DNA of 64,000 bases from Candidatus Sulfotelmatobacter sp. GTDB taxonomy: Bacteria; Acidobacteriota; Terriglobia; Terriglobales; Acidobacteriaceae. Below the pieces are notes generated by a model, which was given only the letters and a program-made list of their open reading frames with translations, was not told the DNA's origin and searched no databases. Location: the NCBI GenBank assembly GCA_035279505.1, contig DATEHP010000075.1, forward strand, positions 1,071-65,070, read 5' to 3'. A program made the translations under genes and the position numbers. Every line of letters starts with the position of its first letter. Position 1 is the first letter of the stretch. Of this stretch, positions 18,762-28,193 are shown piece after piece.

Positions 18762-21700
18762 CTATTTCTTCCGCCGCCGCACGCGCACATCAAAGCTGAC
18801 CACACCGTTCTGGTCGCGCGTGCCCAGCACCGATATGTTGCGATTGATGTAGTACTCGCCCTGTATGATTTGCTGTGAGCTCTGGGATACGTTGGTGCTA
18901 TAGCTGAGGGAAAGGTTATTAGCAAACTCCTGCTCAATCGTGATCTGCGGCCCGCGGCCGGTAGGGTTTGTTTCCGTAGTCAAACCCTGCGGGTCGATTT
19001 TGATCCGGCTGACTCCGAACAGTTTCTGCATACGATTGCCGACCGCCGAGTTGATCGCCTGATTGATGATCAGATTCGTCGCCTCGTCGCTGAACAGGGT
19101 CTGCCCCGACTGCTGCTGCAACTGTTCCGACTCTTCACTCGTCCGTCCCAACGCCAGCAACGCAATGATGTCCGACTTGGGCAGCGGCGGCTCGGAGCGA
19201 TAGTTCACGTTGAGTCTGTCGGGAGTACCCGTCACCGTGACATCCAGATCGTAGTTGCGCACATGCGTGGTGGCTTGCAGGTTGACTTGCGGTTCGATGG
19301 CCACCGGATTTGCAAAGGTAATATCGCCGCGCTCTAAACGGAATTTGATCCCGTTAAAGGTGGCGTCGCCTTCTAGGATGTCGGCGCGTCCCAGCACGCT
19401 CGGCCGCGCCAGGGAACCACGCAGTCTAAGATCAGCGTCACCGGAAAGTCGTGCTACGGCCGTCTTCATCTGGAGTTCGGGCGCGGTCCGGACCCCCACG
19501 TCGAGCTTCACGTTATACAGAGGCGAATTGGCCGGGGTAATGGCTCCTGATTGCCGGCTACGTTCAAGATACGACGCAAAGTCGAATCCCGGCGTCACAG
19601 CAAGTTTCGTCACCAAAACGTCACCCGACACTGTCGACGCCGACTTCGTGCCCGCCCAATGCAATTCCGCCGTGGCCATGGAACTCACGCCTGGCGGATA
19701 GCGGAGCCTTACGTCTTTACCGATGGCAGTGAGGTTGAAATTGAGCCGCTGATTGTAGTTGGTGGCTTCTCCCTTGAGATCGAGCGTGCCCCCTCCAGCA
19801 CGGCCCGTGAGTTGTTCGATGTAAATGCGATCGCGGGTGAAGAAGAGCGTGCCGTTGAGTTCGCTCAGGCCGCTGGGGATCCCGGCGTAATTTGCCGTGC
19901 CATCCTTAATCTGAATCGTGCCCTGGGGCAGCGGATCTCGCACCGTGCCACCGAGAGTCATGTGGATTGTCGCCTGGCCGCCCGCAGTAAGGTTCGAGTC
20001 GATCCCGCTCAGCAGCCGGAGATCGACGAGTCCGTCGGCCGCAATATCCAGACGATGCGCGTCCGCGTAATAAATTGCGCCCTGTCCCGTGACATCTGTG
20101 CCCTCTCCCACGAAATGTGTTTCCGGAATCTGAAGCGTACGATCCGCATAAGTAAAACGCGCCGGACCTTGATTGTGTAGCTTGGCGTACTCGACATCGA
20201 CGGTTACGTCGGTCAGATTTCCATCCAGCCTCCATTGCGGCGGGTAGCGCAATGGCCCCTGCATCGTGACACTGCCAACCACCGCCGAGTGACCGGTCAA
20301 TTGATCCCCGAGGTAAGCGCGCCACAACGCGTCGAGGTCCAGACGGTCCATATGCGCCGTGATATTGGCCGGATAGCCGCCTTGCATCCCGACGGTTCCG
20401 TCCACCGTCAGCGAGCCATTGGGAAACTGGGAATGCCCGCTCACTACAAGTTCCCGCTCCTTTGTGGTCGCTTGCAGGAAGAGGTCCCCGGTGAGTTCGC
20501 CATCCAGCGTCAGATCGCGCACATGCAATGCCGCATTAATGACTGGAGTATCCACTGTTCCAGAAGCTTGCAGTGTGAAGTCGGCGTGACCCTCGATTGG
20601 CAACTCGTCGAGGTGAATCTGGCGCACTCGCGACAAATCGAAATTCTTGCCCGCAAGATCGAGCCGGAACCCGCCCGCGGATGGCGCGAAGGTGGCAGTG
20701 CCGGTTATGTCCGCGTCCTGGTGTGTGAGACGAATATTACTGAGCGTGGTTTCGGCGCCTCCGAAACGAAGATCGGCATCGAACTTTTCAATCTCCTCGC
20801 CATATGCCGAAGCATTGGTCGCGCGAATGTGCCCTTGCCCTTGTGGATGTGCCCGCGTTCCGTTGATTTGCAAGCTCACGTCGGCCGTTCCAGTAAGTGG
20901 ATAGTCCAAATCGGCGAGCGCGGCCGTCGATGCAACATCGACATTGTGCAGGTTGATCCGCGCCGAGTAAGGACTGTTCTCAGTGAGTTTTCCGTTCTCC
21001 AGGCTCGCGCTGAACTCGAAATCGGCGCTGGTATCGCCCCGCCGCAAGCTGCCGCCACGGAGCAGCAGTTCACGTGACGACAAGTCCACGCTAGCTCCCA
21101 GAGAGTCCCAATGTACAGATTTTTCAGGAGTACGCGAGGTGGCTGGCACCGTAAACTCGAAGTCCTCCGCCACCAGGGTTCCGGCAATTCTCGGGGAGGA
21201 AAACGTTCCGCCGGCCGCGCCACTGAAGGTCGCATTGCCATTCACTTGAAATGGAAGGTCGGTGGGCCCGCCCAGGACCTTTACCAAAGGCCGCCATTCT
21301 TCAAGATTGGAAGTTGAAACTGACAGATGCAGCTTGGAGGAAGCCGCCAGCGTTCCAGCACACACGATTTTGGAAGCTGGTGTCGAAAGCGAGAACTGGG
21401 CGAGTTCCAGTGAGTCACTCGCCCTGCGATATTTTCCCTGAATGCGTGCCGTGATGGGTAATTCTCGAGGCCCTGGTTTACCAGGGGGAACGACTTCAAG
21501 GCTGGCACTCACTTCGGCATTTCCGGGGCTTCCCTTCCAATTGGCGTCCACATTTCCGCTGGCTACTCCCGCCGGATGAAAACCAGCCAAGGGATGGGCT
21601 GAAGTGTCCATGGCAGAGGCAGCTTCGCCGACAGAGACGTCACGCACCCGCAGGTGTACGACGCCGGTCTGCACCTCCGGCAACTTCACCTTCTCGCCCT

Positions 21701-22856
21701 TCTTGGCGGCAGGCCGTGAGACTCCGATCCGGGGCAGTTCCGGCCTTTTTTCTTTCTCCGCAGAATAGGGAACGCTGTGCAGCCAATTGTTTACTTCAGC
21801 ATCGCCGGTAAAGGCACCGCCCAGCAGCTTCCCCTGCAACTTCGACAGCTTGATTTGATCGTCACTGAGAGAGTAGTCGGCAGACGCGCTTGCCTTTTTG
21901 AGCACGAGTTGCTCGTTCTGCCAGCCCAGATCCCGTATCGCCAGCGCTCCCGAAGTTGTGAACTCCTTCAAGGACCAGTGTCCATTGCCCTTGAACTCCG
22001 CGCTGCCCTCGCGTAGGTCGTTGCGTCGGGCGATGGCAGCCATTTCCCCGAGGTGGACCTTCGCATCGTAGCTTCCATCCAGATGCGGGTCGCGGAAATT
22101 GGTAATTCTCCCATCGCCTTGGATCGAGGAGCGCCCGGAATTCCATTTCAGAGACTTGATATCGGCGAAGGTAGGCGCGAGGCTGAAATCAAAAGCCGTC
22201 ATCCAGGAAAATGGCCGCAGATCCTGAATCGCACTGTCGACCTTGCCCAGCGCCAGGTGACCGTCATACCTTCCTCGCAGGAAGGAATACTCCATCTCCA
22301 CGTTCGCGCTTCGTACGTCGAAGTTCAGTGGAACTTTCTGATCGGCCCACAACAACTCGCCGTTACGTACCGAAAGGTGATCGATGGAGAGCGCAAAAAG
22401 CTCCTCCACCGGCGAAGGGCCGGACCCTGTCGGCAACTGCTGCAGGGACGGAATGTTTGTGGTTGAGCCATCCGGCCCAATGACCACATGGATCACCGGA
22501 CGTTCGAGGGTCAGCGATTGAAACCCGAATTGCGTGCGCAAAAATGAAATGACTTTGACTTGGCCGACCACGCTGTCTGCGTGGAGCAGAGGAGCGTCCG
22601 TAGGAGACTCCTTGCCATGCACGGTGATGTTGCGGATCTCGGCCTGTAAGTGAAAGGGAACAACGTGGAAGCTCCCGATTTCCGCACGCCCGCCAGTGAT
22701 GCGTTCAATTTCCCTGACCATCCGCTGGTGGACGTAATTCTGGAATGAATTTGTAGTGGTGTACCAGAGTCCCGCCGCCAGGGCGATAACAAGAACCCCG
22801 GCGGTGACTAGAATGTATTTCCACCAGCGCGGAGCTCTGGCGGCACGCTGCTTCAC
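18762..22856 (-). CDS. tamB: translocation and assembly module protein TamB (DUF490 family)
   Basis: A 1364-aa product with an N-terminal TM anchor (YILVTAGVLVIALAAGLWY), a long beta-rich repetitive body and a DUF490-like C-terminus. The start overlaps the stop of the upstream surA-like gene (ATGA). Confidence 0.8.
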   Translation of the reverse strand: MKQRAARAPRWWKYILVTAGVLVIALAAGLWYTTTNSFQNYVHQRMVREIERITGGRAEIGSFHVVPFHLQAEIRNITVHGKESPTDAPLLHADSVVGQVKVISFLRTQFGFQSLTLERPVIHVVIGPDGSTTNIPSLQQLPTGSGPSPVEELFALSIDHLSVRNGELLWADQKVPLNFDVRSANVEMEYSFLRGRYDGHLALGKVDSAIQDLRPFSWMTAFDFSLAPTFADIKSLKWNSGRSSIQGDGRITNFRDPHLDGSYDAKVHLGEMAAIARRNDLREGSAEFKGNGHWSLKEFTTSGALAIRDLGWQNEQLVLKKASASADYSLSDDQIKLSKLQGKLLGGAFTGDAEVNNWLHSVPYSAEKEKRPELPRIGVSRPAAKKGEKVKLPEVQTGVVHLRVRDVSVGEAASAMDTSAHPLAGFHPAGVASGNVDANWKGSPGNAEVSASLEVVPPGKPGPRELPITARIQGKYRRASDSLELAQFSLSTPASKIVCAGTLAASSKLHLSVSTSNLEEWRPLVKVLGGPTDLPFQVNGNATFSGAAGGTFSSPRIAGTLVAEDFEFTVPATSRTPEKSVHWDSLGASVDLSSRELLLRGGSLRRGDTSADFEFSASLENGKLTENSPYSARINLHNVDVASTAALADLDYPLTGTADVSLQINGTRAHPQGQGHIRATNASAYGEEIEKFDADLRFGGAETTLSNIRLTHQDADITGTATFAPSAGGFRLDLAGKNFDLSRVRQIHLDELPIEGHADFTLQASGTVDTPVINAALHVRDLTLDGELTGDLFLQATTKERELVVSGHSQFPNGSLTVDGTVGMQGGYPANITAHMDRLDLDALWRAYLGDQLTGHSAVVGSVTMQGPLRYPPQWRLDGNLTDVTVDVEYAKLHNQGPARFTYADRTLQIPETHFVGEGTDVTGQGAIYYADAHRLDIAADGLVDLRLLSGIDSNLTAGGQATIHMTLGGTVRDPLPQGTIQIKDGTANYAGIPSGLSELNGTLFFTRDRIYIEQLTGRAGGGTLDLKGEATNYNQRLNFNLTAIGKDVRLRYPPGVSSMATAELHWAGTKSASTVSGDVLVTKLAVTPGFDFASYLERSRQSGAITPANSPLYNVKLDVGVRTAPELQMKTAVARLSGDADLRLRGSLARPSVLGRADILEGDATFNGIKFRLERGDITFANPVAIEPQVNLQATTHVRNYDLDVTVTGTPDRLNVNYRSEPPLPKSDIIALLALGRTSEESEQLQQQSGQTLFSDEATNLIINQAINSAVGNRMQKLFGVSRIKIDPQGLTTETNPTGRGPQITIEQEFANNLSLSYSTNVSQSSQQIIQGEYYINRNISVLGTRDQNGVVSFDVRVRRRKK

Positions 22857-23560
22857 CGGGTCTGCACTCCCTCGGCGGTAGGCTCGGGCGCGCCGGGCAC
22901 GCTCAGTTTGCTCTCAGAACGCAGCGAGTGCAGCCAGGAAACCATCAACTCGCTGACTTTCTCCTCGGTGAGAAGTTCGCGGATCTTGGCGGAGACTTCC
23001 TGCAGCGGAACCTCGCCAGCGCCCGATTGCTTCAACTCCGGAACGAATCGATCGCGGTAATAGGCTTCAATACTCTTGGAATCGATCTGGATTGTAGGAC
23101 GCAGATGTGCATCTACCAGCCGCATAAGGTCAAGCTGTTCCTGGACGTGCGTTACCAGTGCCTTCTCTGCCAGCCCGAATTTCGCCAGTACCGCTTTCCA
23201 GCCATCATTGGTGGCGGCATCCGGATAGAGCTGCCGTGTCTGCGCAACTTGCGCCACTGCCTCCTCTTCCGAGGCATGCTTGATCAGCGCCGATTTCATC
23301 TGCTCTCCAAGCAATTCCTGGTCGATCAGCCGGTCGAGCACTGCCCGACGTTCCTCCTCGGTGAAGTCGCTGGGCGGCCTGGCACTCAGTAACCCCTCAT
23401 AGCGCAATGCGGCGTTCCAGTCACTCTGCAGGATGATATGGTCATTCACGGTGGCGACTATGCGGTCGATCACTTCGCCCGCGAAGGCAGGACGAGTCAC
23501 AAAACTCAACGAAAGGATGAGTGCGGCGACGATGGTGACTTTGGTGCAAACTTTTGTCAT
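22853..23560 (-). CDS. SurA N-terminal-domain-like periplasmic chaperone (no PPIase domain evident)
   Basis: Signal peptide followed by EVIDRIVATVNDHIILQSDW, which resembles the SurA N-terminal motif. Its ATG shares one base with the bamA stop (TGATG). Confidence 0.65.
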   Translation of the reverse strand: MTKVCTKVTIVAALILSLSFVTRPAFAGEVIDRIVATVNDHIILQSDWNAALRYEGLLSARPPSDFTEEERRAVLDRLIDQELLGEQMKSALIKHASEEEAVAQVAQTRQLYPDAATNDGWKAVLAKFGLAEKALVTHVQEQLDLMRLVDAHLRPTIQIDSKSIEAYYRDRFVPELKQSGAGEVPLQEVSAKIRELLTEEKVSELMVSWLHSLRSESKLSVPGAPEPTAEGVQTR

Positions 23561-26500
23561 CAGAATGGCTGGCCGATGCTGAAGAAAACGTTGAAATGCC
23601 GCAACTGCTGCATCACCACATGAGGCGTCGGAGTCGTATCTAACTGAAAATACTTGGTCGGATTCAGGCTGTATCCGAAATCAAACCGCAACGGGCCTAA
23701 GGGCGTCTTGTATCGTACGCCAACTCCCACCGCCTGCGAAGTGTAATCATATCTGGAGTTGTCGAAATTGATAATGCACTGGGTGTTCGTTGTACTAGTG
23801 GGCAGGCACTGCGATGGGTCGCCCTGGTGCCAACGCATGAGGCCCTTCAGCATGTCGTGCGGCGCAGTGAAGACATTCCCCATGTCGTGGAAAATGGCAA
23901 AGCCAAATCCTTCTCCCAGGTAAGGCAGCGAAACCGGCGGGAAACGCAGTTCCAGATTGTTGACGAACAGCGCGGTGCCGCCAACCGGGAAACCGGACGA
24001 CGGATCGCGTGGTCCTGCCTGATTTAACCCGAATCCGCGATGGGAGTTGCCGCCACCGGCGAAAAATTGTTCCGGCAAAGGAATCGTCGCGAGATCGCAG
24101 GTCGGCTCCCCAGCCGAGTTCAAAGGGCAAGACCCCGGCGGCAGAACTCGCGTCCCCTGGAATGGCTGCTCCAGTCCAATGCTTGTTGAGCGGGCGAATA
24201 TGAACCTGCGCTCGGGCTTACCCTTGCCGAATGCGTAATAGGTGGAGTACTGGGTGAGGGCCCTGCCGAAATTCGTGGGCAGCGTAGAGACCGGCGTTTC
24301 CGACCGCGACCCGAAAACACTCGCCGCCACCGATGAATCCAGTGTAAAGTAGTCGCCCTTCGTACTTTCCAGCGGGTTATCCCGTTTGTCGTGGATAAAC
24401 GTAAATCCAGGACCACCGACACGGGCAGGCAGCGACAACAATGCAATCACCCCAGGGGAAAAGTTTGTAGCGAAATGGCTGGCCTTCACAGCCCGAAAAT
24501 CGAAGCGATACGTGATCGAGTTTGGCCCGGGACGTGTGCCGGGTTCGGTCCCCGTATTCCCGAACTGCAGCCGAAGATCAATCTTCCCCTCCAGCCGCTG
24601 CGAGGTAAACGTGGCGACGTCCAGACTGTTGTCGTAGAAGATCGTGTAAATGAGCTTGAACTTGTCGCTGTTGAGTAGCTTCGGCACCGTGTAACTGATC
24701 AGGCCACGCTGCTGTAGACGTCCGACGTGCGACTGGAACGTTAATGTCTGGTCGCGACCCGCAAAGTTAAGGCGCGTCACATCGAACTCTACCCGGGGGC
24801 TTACGCCAGTCTTGCCTTGAGGCGCACTCGCGCCCGCTGGCTGGCTGGTTTGAAACTCAAGTCCAAGTCCGTAGGTAAACGTATAACGCTTGGCCTCACG
24901 AACCTGTATCAGAATGTTCTTTAAAGGATCGTTGCCTTCCGGATTCTGCACCGCAGCATCCACCTGGCTGAAGATGCCAAGGTCGTAGAGCCGGGTCTGG
25001 GTGTTCAGCAAGTCTCGCTGGCTGAGCGGGTCCCCCGCATGCACCTGCAGATCGCGTTGCACCACGAAGTCGCGCGTGTGTTCCAAGCCTCCGACCATCA
25101 CCTGATCAACCGTGAAGCGCTCGCCTTCGTGAATGGAAAAGCTCACATCTTCCCGGTTGGGCTGTGCAGGAGAATGATTTGTTGCGATTTCCAGCGATGC
25201 ATTGGGAAACCCATGATCGAAGTAGTAACTCAGGAATCGCTCTCTATCGTTGGCCAGGTCCTGTTCGGAATAAGGCTGTCCGGGCTGCGTACTCAACTCG
25301 GGCAGATCGCTTGTCTTGACCTTCTGATTGCCAACCACATGCACCTCGCCAACCGTTGTTCGTGGCCCTTCTTCGATGTGGATGTGCACAGCAAGTTTGT
25401 TCGGTGTGCCCTGGTAGTTGTCGTCAACTTTGGTATCAATCTTCACGGCTCTAAAACCACTGTTCTTGTAGAGGCCTACCAGAGTTGCAACGTCGCTTTT
25501 CAGCAGGGCCTCGCTATAGCGGCCGTGGCTCAGGAACCGGCTGGCCGGTTGAATCTGAAGGTAGGAACGAAGTTTTGCCGTATCCAGAAAATTCTTATTG
25601 CCCGAAATATCGATCAGAGCCAATTTATGCGAGGGACCGGCCTTGATCTCGTAAATGATTCTGAGTGTATTGGCATCATTCTCCTTCTTGATTTCCACCT
25701 CAGCATCAAAGTGCCCGCGGGTTTGCAGATAGTCGAGCAGGTTCCTCTTGCCTTCATTCAGCAGGTCATCGTCGACCGCATTTTCCTCGTAAACGGGTAT
25801 TTCCCGCTTGAGCACACCACGACTGACGTGATACCCGCGCGCCGAGATCAGCACTACCGGGCCGGGATCGATCTGGAAGGTAAAATCCAGCGCATTTTTC
25901 TCTGGCCGGTAGGTTTGAGCGGCGATGGAGACCTGAGCCAGGGCGCGGTTTTGCTTCTGGAACTTTCTGCGCAGCCGCTGCAACGAGTCAGTCACACGAG
26001 CGGCGGTGACGCGATCGCCGCTATTCATATGGGCAATCTTCTGAACCTCAGCCGAAGACCGGCTTGAAGTGCCGGTCACCTTCACTTCCCCGATGTGCGC
26101 TTGCGGGCCAGCCTCAATGTGAAACAGTATGTCCACCTGCTGATTAGTGGGGTTGGACGTGCTTTCCGCGGTTACGCGGGCTTTGTAGTACCCGTTCTCC
26201 TGCATTAGCTGCCGGATGTTCTCCAGAGCGCGATCCAATTTGTCCTGGCTGTAACGCTCTCCAAGCTGGAATTTCGAGGCGTTAACGATCTGGTTTGCAT
26301 TCGGACGATTGGGCGCTCCCTCAACGTCAACAGCACCTACAAAATAGTTTGGCGTGGTGACGAAAGCCAGCACGACGCCGTTGCCTGAGGGTGTGACTTC
26401 GGCCTGGATATCGGCAAAACGCCCGGCCCCGTATAGGGCCCGGATACTGGCGCTAACCTGGTCCCGATTCAGCGGACTTCCAACTTTTTGCGGGAGCAAT

Positions 26501-26709
26501 TCAAGCAGGTGATCCTGGTCGCGTTCCACCACGCCAGGCAGATCGATCGCCACAACCGTTTTCCCCTCGTAGCTTGATCCCGGAGTCGCATCCTGCAGGA
26601 CGGAAGAAAATATTGTCGTTGCACCTGAAATGGAAGCCGAGCCCTGCGATGAAGCCGCCGCCCAGACGAACATTATTGCGGTCAGACATGTCGCGTACCG
26701 TTTCAGCAA
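23560..26709 (-). CDS. bamA: outer membrane protein assembly factor BamA (Omp85)
   Basis: Multiple POTRA-like repeats followed by an Omp85 barrel ending in ..FFSIGQPF. I place the start at TTG 26709 (LKRYATCLTAIMFVWAAASSQGSA signal); GTG 26739 or ATG 26673 are alternatives. The listed ORF start at 27165 is rejected. Confidence 0.85.
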   Translation of the reverse strand: MLKRYATCLTAIMFVWAAASSQGSASISGATTIFSSVLQDATPGSSYEGKTVVAIDLPGVVERDQDHLLELLPQKVGSPLNRDQVSASIRALYGAGRFADIQAEVTPSGNGVVLAFVTTPNYFVGAVDVEGAPNRPNANQIVNASKFQLGERYSQDKLDRALENIRQLMQENGYYKARVTAESTSNPTNQQVDILFHIEAGPQAHIGEVKVTGTSSRSSAEVQKIAHMNSGDRVTAARVTDSLQRLRRKFQKQNRALAQVSIAAQTYRPEKNALDFTFQIDPGPVVLISARGYHVSRGVLKREIPVYEENAVDDDLLNEGKRNLLDYLQTRGHFDAEVEIKKENDANTLRIIYEIKAGPSHKLALIDISGNKNFLDTAKLRSYLQIQPASRFLSHGRYSEALLKSDVATLVGLYKNSGFRAVKIDTKVDDNYQGTPNKLAVHIHIEEGPRTTVGEVHVVGNQKVKTSDLPELSTQPGQPYSEQDLANDRERFLSYYFDHGFPNASLEIATNHSPAQPNREDVSFSIHEGERFTVDQVMVGGLEHTRDFVVQRDLQVHAGDPLSQRDLLNTQTRLYDLGIFSQVDAAVQNPEGNDPLKNILIQVREAKRYTFTYGLGLEFQTSQPAGASAPQGKTGVSPRVEFDVTRLNFAGRDQTLTFQSHVGRLQQRGLISYTVPKLLNSDKFKLIYTIFYDNSLDVATFTSQRLEGKIDLRLQFGNTGTEPGTRPGPNSITYRFDFRAVKASHFATNFSPGVIALLSLPARVGGPGFTFIHDKRDNPLESTKGDYFTLDSSVAASVFGSRSETPVSTLPTNFGRALTQYSTYYAFGKGKPERRFIFARSTSIGLEQPFQGTRVLPPGSCPLNSAGEPTCDLATIPLPEQFFAGGGNSHRGFGLNQAGPRDPSSGFPVGGTALFVNNLELRFPPVSLPYLGEGFGFAIFHDMGNVFTAPHDMLKGLMRWHQGDPSQCLPTSTTNTQCIINFDNSRYDYTSQAVGVGVRYKTPLGPLRFDFGYSLNPTKYFQLDTTPTPHVVMQQLRHFNVFFSIGQPF

Positions 26710-26839
26710 AGGTGTCCTTGAAATCAGGCGCTCTCTGACTTCGATACGTACGCCCGTTCGATTCGTTGTATTGAGGTTAGCTTTCAGCGGATAACTCTTC
26801 TTCAAATTCACGAAAGACACAAAGGCAGGAATCACATTT

Positions 26840-26872
26840 CCCTGTGCACCTTCGCGTCCTCTGTGGTTTAAG
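26840..26872. repeat. REP-like family D copy (..CCTCTGTGGTTTAAG)
   Basis: CCCTGTGCACCTTCGCGTCCTCTGTGGTTTAAG resembles GCCCTGTGCCCCTCCGTGCCCTCTGTGGTTAAATC at 38988-39022. Both lie upstream of plus-strand genes. Confidence 0.6.
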
Positions 26873-26945
26873 AATTGACATTCGCCGCAAACCAACGCTT
26901 TTAAGCTCTGCTCGACCCAGCCACTTATAATAATTGTTTTAGAGC

Positions 26946-28031
26946 GTGGGACTGGTGACCTCTTTGGCACAGGAAACGAGACACAGAATCGGCAACTCAA
27001 GCCTGGCTTCCCTCGATAACGATCGCTATTCGCGCCAGATTCTCTTTCGCGGTATCGGTGACGAAGGACAGCGTAAATTACAGGCCGCCCAGGTAAGCAT
27101 CGTTGGCTGTGGCGCGACCGGTTCCGCCCTTGCCGGACTCCTGGCTCGCGCTGGGGTGGGCACATTGCGCATCATCGACCGTGATTACGTCGAGCCCAGC
27201 AACCTTCAGCGCCAATCTCTCTTCGACGAGTCCGACGCCGCCGAATCGCTTCCCAAGGCAATCGCCGCCGCGCGCAAAATCACCGCCTTCAACTCGCAAA
27301 TTGTGGTTGAGCCAAAAGTTGAAGATCTCGTGCCTTCGAACATTCAAGCCCTGCTTGAAGGAACTGACCTCATCCTCGACGGTACCGACAATTTCGAAAC
27401 CCGGTATCTGATCAACGACTATGCCGTCGAGCGGTCTCTACCCTGGATCTACTCAGCCGCAGTAGGAAGCTACGCAGTCACGCTTAATGTGGTGCCCGGG
27501 CAAACCGCCTGCCTCGCATGCATCTTCCCCGATTCTCCCCGCGGCATGGTGGAGACCTGCGAAACCTCCGGCATTCTGAACTCTGCCGTCAACCTCGCCG
27601 CATCGATCGCCGCAACCGAGGCGCTGAAATTTCTGGTCGCTGATGAAAAACCCCCTGCCATTCGGCGCACCCTACTTTCGTTCGATCTCTGGACCAACGA
27701 GCAGGCCGAGATTTCGGCCGCCAAGCCCCGCTCGGGCTGCCGTGCCTGCGGTCAACGAGACCTCATTCATTTAGCCGGTGAAGGCCGCCCGCACATCACG
27801 CTCTGCGGCAGGAATTCGGTGCAAATCCATGAGCGTCAACGCCCCATCGATTTCGCCGAGATGGACCGACGGCTCCAGCCTCATGGCATGGTCCGCCACA
27901 ACGACTTCGTCCTGAAATTCTGGCACGAGCCGTACGAGATTACGCTTTTCCCGGACGGCCGGGCCATCATTAAAGGCACGACAGACGCCGCTGTGGCGCG
28001 AAGCCTCTATGCGCGCTATGTAGGCAGTTGA
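26946..28031 (+). CDS. ThiF/MoeB-family adenylyltransferase (E1-like), long Bacillus-type form
   Basis: RYSRQILFRGIGDEGQRKLQAAQVSIVGCGATGSALAGLLARAGVG (GxGxxG), DRDYVEPSNLQRQ and two CxxC pairs (CLAC, CRAC). The C-terminal FPDGRAIIKGTTD..ARSLYARYVG resembles long ThiF/MoeB proteins. Confidence 0.85.
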   Translation: MGLVTSLAQETRHRIGNSSLASLDNDRYSRQILFRGIGDEGQRKLQAAQVSIVGCGATGSALAGLLARAGVGTLRIIDRDYVEPSNLQRQSLFDESDAAESLPKAIAAARKITAFNSQIVVEPKVEDLVPSNIQALLEGTDLILDGTDNFETRYLINDYAVERSLPWIYSAAVGSYAVTLNVVPGQTACLACIFPDSPRGMVETCETSGILNSAVNLAASIAATEALKFLVADEKPPAIRRTLLSFDLWTNEQAEISAAKPRSGCRACGQRDLIHLAGEGRPHITLCGRNSVQIHERQRPIDFAEMDRRLQPHGMVRHNDFVLKFWHEPYEITLFPDGRAIIKGTTDAAVARSLYARYVGS

Positions 28032-28040
28032 ATTTGATTT

Positions 28041-28101
28041 GTCGTGCTGAACGGAGCGGTGAGGAGCGCCGCGACTCACCGCGCAGTCGAAACATCCCTA
28101 C
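28041..28101. repeat. REP-like family A variant
   Basis: GTCGTGCTGAACGGAGCGGTGAGGAGCGCCGCGACTCACCGCGCAGTCGAAACATCCCTAC parallels 46686-46747 (GTCATCCTGAGCGAAGC...GCGCAGTCGAAGGATCCCTAC), with a different internal hairpin. Confidence 0.6.
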
Positions 28102-28193
28102 CCGCGAGAACCGCCCTCGTTACCAGCTACTGACTGATCTCTCTGATCTCTGCTAATCTTTTCGTTTCGTTCGTCCATTTCAAAAGGGGCCCA

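Noticed and set aside
26710-27165. Long N-terminal extension of the BamA ORF (listed start 27165)
   Set aside because: It overlaps the divergent thiF/moeB-type gene. It translates a REP copy (..FLNHRGREGAQG..). A good signal peptide only appears from about 26709.
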